Source of the DNA: Candidatus Uhrbacteria bacterium
GTDB lineage: Bacteria; Patescibacteriota; Patescibacteriia; UBA9934; GWF2-40-263
Assembly: GCA_016209325.1 (NCBI GenBank)
Contig: JACQWJ010000036.1
Coordinates: forward strand, 1-51,529
Direction: 5' to 3'
DNA: 51,529 nucleotides
Part shown: positions 45,652 to 51,529 of the stretch, piece after piece
Layout: each line of letters opens with the position of its first letter
How positions within the stretch are numbered: position 1 is the first letter of the stretch
Notes under the pieces: model-generated
Seen by the model: only the letters and a program-made list of their open reading frames with translations
Told to the model about the DNA's origin: nothing
The model's database searches: none
Position numbers and translations under genes: made by a program

Positions 45652-46257
45652 ATGCGCCGCTTTCCCGAACCCATCCAAAACCTCGTGAGCGCGTTTATGC
45701 GCCTGCCGGGCGTGGGCCCGAAGACGGCCTTACGCTACGTTTTCGCGCTCCTCAAGATGTCCAAATACGATGTGACTCAGATGGCGCGGCTCATGCAGGA
45801 GCTGAGTGAGCGGATCGCGGTCTGCCGGGAGTGCTTCAGCTACACCGAAGGGCGCAACATCTGCGAATACTGTTCCGATCCCAAGCGTGATCCGCGCCTC
45901 CTCTGCGTTGTCGAAACCTCGCGGGACATTTCGACCATCGAAAATACGGACGCGTTCGCGGGCAAGTACTTCGTCCTGGGAGGCACGTTGAATCCCATGG
46001 AAGGTATGACGCCCGACGTGCTGAACGTTCATCCACTTTTGCAAAAAATTAGCGCTTCCCCCGCCCTGGAGGAAATCATCCTCGGCTTCTCCCCGGACGT
46101 CCACGGCGAAATGACCATGCTGTACCTCACTAAGCAGCTCCGCCCCCTCGAACGGAAAATCACGCGGCTCGCCCGTGGCCTCCCGACCGGCGCCAGTATC
46201 GAGTTCGCCGACGAAGTGACCCTCGGCGACGCGCTGCGCGGAAGACGGGAGACGTAG
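45652..46257 (+). CDS. recR: Recombination mediator RecR
   Basis: LPGVGPKTA, C4 zinc finger, YFVLGG, RLARGLP.G. Confidence 0.97.
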   Translation: MRRFPEPIQNLVSAFMRLPGVGPKTALRYVFALLKMSKYDVTQMARLMQELSERIAVCRECFSYTEGRNICEYCSDPKRDPRLLCVVETSRDISTIENTDAFAGKYFVLGGTLNPMEGMTPDVLNVHPLLQKISASPALEEIILGFSPDVHGEMTMLYLTKQLRPLERKITRLARGLPTGASIEFADEVTLGDALRGRRET

Positions 46258-46280
46258 GTGTTCACGCAGCGCTGGCTGGA

Positions 46281-46594
46281 TCATGCGACGAAGGACGACA
46301 AGACTTCTCGCAACAGACGTTCCAACAGCCTGAGAGGCATGCCGGACGTACTGTCGGTCGTACCTTGGAATATGTGAACGTAATCGCTTACGGGTGGTTC
46401 CTCGACGCGGACCGCGCCTGAACAGTGGAAGATGCGGCCGTCCGCGATCAAGGCGTCGATGACAGATTCGGGCAGCGGATCAATAGACCAGCCTGAACAA
46501 TGAAATATGCCCCTGGCGCCCCGTAATCCCATGCCTTCCAACGGATCGTCCCCCGGCGATATTTCCCCCGAAATTTTTCCTCCCATTCCTCCAT
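46281..46594 (-). pseudogene. Chimeric remnant: 5' end of REP-associated tyrosine transposase joined to 3' half of a Maf-like gene
   Basis: From 46594: KFRGKYRRGTIRWKAWDYGAPGAYFI (RAYT N-terminus); then PLPESVIDALI..SGAVRVE..GTTDSTSGMPLRLL (Maf C-terminus). Confidence 0.6.
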
Positions 46595-46602
46595 ACGTCG
46601 AC

Positions 46603-47847
46603 CTATTCGATAATCCCCCCGCCGATCATTTCCTCGCCGTTGTAGAAGACGACTGATTGGCCCGGGGTGATGGCGCGCTGGGGTTGGGTGAAGGTGACGT
46701 GAACAGAAGACGCAGGACCCCCTCCTGTCTCCCCCTTCGTAAGGGGGAGAGAACTCGACGGGAACCCCTCGCCGGCAACCTCCCCTAGCCCCTCCTTGGC
46801 AAGGAGGGGGATCGAGACGGTGCACGGCTGGAGCTGCTGGCGGTAACGGACACGGGCTTGGTAGGTCTTCCCTTCCTCCGGCGCTTGGAACCAGTTGCAT
46901 TCGGTAGCAGTCAATTCTGTTTTAAACAGGACTTGGTGGAAATTGCTGGAGACGACAAGTTGGTTCATCTTTGCGCGCTTTTCGACGACGTAATAGGGCT
47001 GCGGCTGGCCGCCGATGTTCAGGCCCTCGCGCTGGCCGATGGTGTAAAACGCGATGCCCTCGTGCCGGCCGACGACCGCGCCATCGGTCGTAACGATGTC
47101 GCCCGGATTCTTCGGGATGCGCGCCTGCAGGAATGAACGGATGTCGACTTCGCCCACGAAGCAGATGCCCGTACTGTCCTTCTTGTCCGCAACCAGCAGG
47201 CCGAGGGCGTGGGCCTTCTCGCGGACCTGCGGCTTGGTCAAATGACCGATCGGAAACAGGACGCGCGAAAGGACGGCCGACGGAACGGCCCAGAGGAAAT
47301 AGGTCTGGTCCTTGTTCACGTCCGTGCCTGCGAGAATACGGTACGGCTCGGGAGATTGCTTCGTCCCACGCCGTGCAGGCCAAGGGCCAGCACCGGCAGG
47401 TCCTCGCAAAGACGAAGAGGACACAATTCGGGCGTAATGCCCTGTCGCGACGAATGCGCAACCGAGCTTGTCCGCCTCCTTTACGAACAGGTCGAACTTC
47501 ACGAAGCGGTTGCACATAACGTCCGGGTTCGGTGTCCGCCCTGCGGCGTATTCGCGAAACATGGCGTCGACGACGTCGCGGCGATACTGTTCCTCAAAGT
47601 CGAACGTCAAAAACGGGATGCTGAGCTGGGCTGCGACGCGCATGGCGTCCCTGCGCTCCTGCCTCCACCCGCACTCGGAAAACCCCTCTCCAACCTTGTC
47701 CGGATCGACACACTGGGGGCCCTCGACGTCTCCCGACCAGTTCTTCATGAACGCCCCGATCACCTCGTACCCCTGTTCCAACAACAACGCCGCGGACACC
47801 GACGAATCGACGCCGCCCGACATGCCGACGAGAACTTTTGGTTTCAT
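46603..47847 (-). CDS. mnmA: tRNA 2-thiouridine(34) synthase MnmA with two repeat-derived insertions
   Basis: SGGVDS, PNPDVMCN, ATGHYA, KDQTYFL, DSTGICF, TIGQR, PGQ. Confidence 0.97.
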   Translation of the reverse strand: MKPKVLVGMSGGVDSSVSAALLLEQGYEVIGAFMKNWSGDVEGPQCVDPDKVGEGFSECGWRQERRDAMRVAAQLSIPFLTFDFEEQYRRDVVDAMFREYAAGRTPNPDVMCNRFVKFDLFVKEADKLGCAFVATGHYARIVSSSSLRGPAGAGPWPARRGTKQSPEPYRILAGTDVNKDQTYFLWAVPSAVLSRVLFPIGHLTKPQVREKAHALGLLVADKKDSTGICFVGEVDIRSFLQARIPKNPGDIVTTDGAVVGRHEGIAFYTIGQREGLNIGGQPQPYYVVEKRAKMNQLVVSSNFHQVLFKTELTATECNWFQAPEEGKTYQARVRYRQQLQPCTVSIPLLAKEGLGEVAGEGFPSSSLPLTKGETGGGPASSVHVTFTQPQRAITPGQSVVFYNGEEMIGGGIIE

Positions 47848-47886
47848 GCCTGTCATAACGAACGGAAATGGTCATATGACTTTGAC

Positions 47887-48675
47887 TCAAAACAAAAACA
47901 GAATCAATGCCGCCAATGAAATCCGGTAAACAGCAAACCACGCATAACTCGCCCCTTTCATGAGCTTCAGAAGGAAACGGATGGCGAAAAAGCCAGAAAC
48001 GAAGGCGGTCACAAAACCGGCGACGAGCGGCAGGGGCTCCACGTACGCCTGGCCGGTTGCGAGGTCAAGGATGGCCCCAGCCCCGGCCGCAGCCGTGGCT
48101 GGAACCCCGAGGAGAAACGAAAACGTTGCGGCCGTCTCCCGATTGAGACCCGAAAACAATCCGGCTGTGATGGTCACGCCGGAACGTGACGTTCCCGGTA
48201 GAAGGGCGAGGGCTTGGGTCGCACCGATGCCGAGCGCACGCTTCCAGCCGACCAGTCGGACGTCGCTCAGAGCTCCTTTTGAGACGAGGCGGTCGGCGAT
48301 GAATAGTAGGATACCCCAAAACCCAAGGGAAAGAGCCACCAAATGGGAGGAACGGAAAACGACCTCGATCATATCCTTGAACACGAAGCCAATCACCAAG
48401 ACGGGCAGCGTGGAAACGACGATCATCCACCCGAGCCTGCCCCACGGGTCCGTTTTCCAACGCGCCAGACCTCGGACGATCTGCGCGACCTCGGTCCACA
48501 GGGCCGCCAGGATGGCCGCGAGGGTTGCTAAATGGATGGCTGCGTCAAACGCGAGATCCTGGGTTTCCCAACCGAGGAGCCGGGGAACGAGGATCAGGTG
48601 TCCCGAGCTGGAGACCGGAAGAAATTCGGTCAGGCCCTGGACGATGCCAAGGACGGCGGCTTGGAAGACGGACAT
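47887..48675 (-). CDS. uppP: Undecaprenyl-diphosphate phosphatase
   Basis: QGLTEFLPVSSSGH, PGTSRSG. Confidence 0.96.
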   Translation of the reverse strand: MSVFQAAVLGIVQGLTEFLPVSSSGHLILVPRLLGWETQDLAFDAAIHLATLAAILAALWTEVAQIVRGLARWKTDPWGRLGWMIVVSTLPVLVIGFVFKDMIEVVFRSSHLVALSLGFWGILLFIADRLVSKGALSDVRLVGWKRALGIGATQALALLPGTSRSGVTITAGLFSGLNRETAATFSFLLGVPATAAAGAGAILDLATGQAYVEPLPLVAGFVTAFVSGFFAIRFLLKLMKGASYAWFAVYRISLAALILFLF

Positions 48676-48681
48676 ATGCCG

Positions 48682-49539
48682 TTAAGCCGCCTGCGTCTCC
48701 AAAATAGGTTCCTCTTTTGTGGAAACCGTTGGTGTATCAGCGTTAGCGTCTTGTTTCGTTTCTGTTTCTCCGACCTCATGAACAACATTCAGTGTTGTCT
48801 CTTGCGGACGGGCAGAGGCGCGATCAGTTTCCAATGCAGGTTCTTCTGTTATTTCTATTTCTTTCATCTGTCGGATAAGTTCTGCAAAGTCTTCATGCGT
48901 CGAGGTTGCATCCGAACCATCATTCGCGATTCTTGGGATGAAAATGGGGGCCTCTAAGTCCCCTCCCATCAATTCTTCCTTAAAAAGAGTGAGGTATGGA
49001 ATATCGCCTGCCTTGCCCGTCATAACTGCTTCCCAAATCTGGGACAGACTCGGTTTCTTAGGTTTCTCGGGGGCAGGAAATGGTCCTCGATCAATGGCAT
49101 CATGAAGAAGAGTGACTTGCCGTTTTAGAAGGGAGATGGCGTCCGTGAGTTGTACAAGGATCAGACGATCCTTCGGATTTTCCGCGGGTTTCAGGCGTTG
49201 AAGCAGACGATACAACTGCTCTTCGGTCCATTCATGAATACGCGCGACACATTCTCTGTATGCGTCGGCTTCGGCGCGCGAGGAAAGGTGCGGCCGGACG
49301 TAACGCGCCGCAAGAACGTCCAAAAGGACCTCGAGCTCCTCGCGGTCTTCCGGCATTTCCTTCTCGCGCTGCCAGCGACCTGCGGCTTCCTGTTCCAGGA
49401 CGGCCAAATAGCGCTCAGGCGTCATGCCGTTGGCGAGTTGTGATTCGACGTGGGCCGCAACGGTTTCCCGCTTCCGCTGAATATTGTTTGGATCTGCATC
49501 TGGTCTTGAAGTAAACGCGCCTTCGTTTCTTTCGGTCAT
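48682..49539 (-). CDS. Hypothetical helical protein with acidic C-terminal tail
   Basis: ~285-aa ORF between co-directional genes; no recognised motif. Confidence 0.65.
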   Translation of the reverse strand: MTERNEGAFTSRPDADPNNIQRKRETVAAHVESQLANGMTPERYLAVLEQEAAGRWQREKEMPEDREELEVLLDVLAARYVRPHLSSRAEADAYRECVARIHEWTEEQLYRLLQRLKPAENPKDRLILVQLTDAISLLKRQVTLLHDAIDRGPFPAPEKPKKPSLSQIWEAVMTGKAGDIPYLTLFKEELMGGDLEAPIFIPRIANDGSDATSTHEDFAELIRQMKEIEITEEPALETDRASARPQETTLNVVHEVGETETKQDANADTPTVSTKEEPILETQAA

Positions 49540-49553
49540 AGAAAATCTCACTT

Positions 49554-51320
49554 CTACTTACTCATACCAATAGTATCCCGCATTTGTCTGTTTGGTTCAA
49601 CCTCTTGTTCTAGAAAGCGCAGGTAACAAGGCCTACAGACGACCTTACGTTCGGCAAACGTACCGTTTCCGTAAGCCTGAATTGATACTCGACAGAAGGT
49701 GCATACCACCGCTTTCTGGGTTGGCATGTTGGAAAGCCGAACCAGCTTCTTCAAACGACTGAGGAAGTGCTCGTTTGGAAGCGGAAGGTCACGCGATCGG
49801 TAGAAATCCACTTCCTGGGAGGTAATCGTGAATTGACGCTGGAGACGGGAATCAAAAATGGGCTTTCCGATCCAGGATGCGGCCTCTGGATCGCGACTGC
49901 TGTCTGGAAGCGCAGAGACGTCGATTCCGGTGTCGGAGACGACAAGAATGCCGCCGCGACGGAGATCAAACACGGGAGCGTGAAACACATTCATCTCTTC
50001 CTTGGAATACCCGAAAAACATGTCCCCCAAGGAGAATTGGAATCCGTTCTGGGAAAGGTCAGCTGGGAAAAACCGTCCGTACTCGCCGCGCTCGAGCATG
50101 GCGCCCTTCAGCACATCGACCCGTTCCCAGTACTCCTGTTCAGCATATTGGACGTTGAATAGGCACCATTTCTTCCGCTTGAGGCCTACGCAGCCGAAGC
50201 ATGACTCGCAGTCGTAGCAGTTGATGCAGTACTCCATGTCCCGCGAACGCCAGATACGCAGACAAAACCGGAGGTCCTGACTGGAGACAGAATCGCACGA
50301 TCCGTAGATGCCGCTTCCCCACACGAGCCAGGTGGAAAACGCCGACTGCTCCTGCTCCATCGTGATCCAGCACCAGTCACAGTCAGTGCAAGTGGTGACC
50401 AAGTACCCATCGTGACAGCGGACGGATTCGTACATGTACTCGCCCGAGTAGTCCTCGGACTTGTGGTTGAAGTCCGGCGGCCAGACAGCATCCTGCAAGC
50501 ATTTCAGGAATTGCGCGCGCTGCGCTTCAAAAACAGTGCGCGACGAGAGATCGACCGCGGCGACACGGCGCTCCCATTCCTCCTTTGTCAGCTGCTCGTT
50601 GAACCACAGGTACTTCTTGTTCCTCTGGTTGGTGGCACCGAAGCATGACTCGCAGTTCCTGCAGTCGAAGAGGAACCGCGAGCCGATACAGTCGTAGCTC
50701 TCGAAGACAAAGGCGCAGTCGTACAGGTGGTCGGCACGGTTGACGGCATGACAGAACCTGCTGAAACGGACATTCGCCACGTCGACGGAATCCTCCGTCT
50801 CGTAGGCCGTATACGCATACGACAGACGCCGGCTGAGGCCCGAGCCGAAGACCATGTACCCGTCCTCGCATTTGATAAAGTCGACGCCGATCGAGCGCTG
50901 GTTGCTTCCATCGTCATGCAGCGCGCCGACGGGAATGGAGCGGGCCAGCGACCGCAGCTGGTCGAAAAAAGGGCGCCCGGGATCCGCGTCCGGCCCGGAA
51001 CAGAGATATTCCGCGTCCATCCATTCGCGGTCCGAGACGACCTGGTAGGGACTGTCGGGATGGACGAACGTCAAGATTGGCTGCCCCGTCTTGGCATGTG
51101 GTTTCTTCCACAAGACCGTGCCTGCGCCGAATCCAAGAAGAAATTTCAAGCGCACCGTCGGATGGATGTCCGAAGGGGGAACGTTGAACTGGCGGTACCA
51201 GCCGATCTCGCGCTCCGTCATGTCCCAGGCTTGGCCGGTGAGACGACAAACGCGCAGGCGCGGTTGGAGGGTGTCGAGGATGGGTTTGATCTTGGCGTCG
51301 TAGGTGGGAGTGTGGGACAT
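49554..51320 (-). CDS. Cys-rich repeat protein of the type common in Parcubacteria
   Basis: Repeated C..C..CFG(A/C)..(N/L)..KK(Y/W)..FN.Q, FFDQL..L, GEYG.FFP, terminal CxxC pairs. Confidence 0.8.
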   Translation of the reverse strand: MSHTPTYDAKIKPILDTLQPRLRVCRLTGQAWDMTEREIGWYRQFNVPPSDIHPTVRLKFLLGFGAGTVLWKKPHAKTGQPILTFVHPDSPYQVVSDREWMDAEYLCSGPDADPGRPFFDQLRSLARSIPVGALHDDGSNQRSIGVDFIKCEDGYMVFGSGLSRRLSYAYTAYETEDSVDVANVRFSRFCHAVNRADHLYDCAFVFESYDCIGSRFLFDCRNCESCFGATNQRNKKYLWFNEQLTKEEWERRVAAVDLSSRTVFEAQRAQFLKCLQDAVWPPDFNHKSEDYSGEYMYESVRCHDGYLVTTCTDCDWCWITMEQEQSAFSTWLVWGSGIYGSCDSVSSQDLRFCLRIWRSRDMEYCINCYDCESCFGCVGLKRKKWCLFNVQYAEQEYWERVDVLKGAMLERGEYGRFFPADLSQNGFQFSLGDMFFGYSKEEMNVFHAPVFDLRRGGILVVSDTGIDVSALPDSSRDPEAASWIGKPIFDSRLQRQFTITSQEVDFYRSRDLPLPNEHFLSRLKKLVRLSNMPTQKAVVCTFCRVSIQAYGNGTFAERKVVCRPCYLRFLEQEVEPNRQMRDTIGMSK

Positions 51321-51328
51321 AGGAATGG

Positions 51329-51389
51329 CGTCATTGCGAGGAACACGCTTTCACGTTATGACCTGCCTGCCGGCAGGCGAGGCAATCCC
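51329..51389. repeat. REP-like repeat GTCATTGCGAG...GGCAATC with nested CCTGCCTGCCGGCAGGC
   Basis: Same family as the in-frame mnmA insert at 47352-47414. Confidence 0.65.
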
Positions 51390-51529
51390 GTGGGGATGAA
51401 AATCATACATGGGGAAACCCACTCCTGTCCGGTTAACTTTTTGATCATCTCTCTTTTAGAACAAACCTAAGCGTTATTTTTTAGAAAAAAGATTTTTCGA
51501 TTTCAAAAAAGGTTGGGATGATTGATGGG

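Noticed and set aside
1236..51470. Long antisense/alternate-frame ORFs (e.g. 1236-2174, 3206-4270, 7318-8403, 8869-9855, 13626-14669, 25836-27083)
   Set aside because: Shadow ORFs of well-supported genes in GC-rich DNA with no recognisable motifs.
1..51529. Alternative genetic code (UGA=Gly as in Gracilibacteria)
   Set aside because: Core genes (dnaE, pheT, recG, dnaB) end in TGA at the expected lengths.

Overview
High-GC bacterial chromosome segment, standard genetic code. Gene content points to a Patescibacteria/CPR (Parcubacteria, Uhrbacteria-like) genome; this is an inference from tRNA-Arg(GCG), a pilin-M23 fusion, CxxC-x17-CxxC and Cys-repeat proteins, and no amino-acid biosynthesis genes in the window. 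Core genes: dnaE, pheT/pheS, rseP, a phosphohexomutase, lemA-htpX-clpC, radA, recG, greA, an ABC-F ATPase, an amino-acid permease, dnaB-ybaB-recR, mnmA and uppP. The standout signal is at 1.0-6.9 kb: three tandem ATP-grasp paralogues. Each has its own sigma70 promoter, a short unannotated leader ORF rich in a different amino acid (Leu; Ile/Val/Met/Leu; Phe), an antiterminator segment and an intrinsic terminator. This looks like three amino-acid-specific attenuators controlling enzymes of unknown function. A second notable locus is a MerR-HTH/HATPase, STAS-like, cyclodipeptide synthase operon in which the CDPS is fused to a family-3 solute-binding domain. The window also holds a HicBA pair, an orphan DNA-hypermodification-family protein, ISAzo13 and IS630 remnants, several MITE/REP-like repeats (two inserted in frame in mnmA) and several gene fragments.
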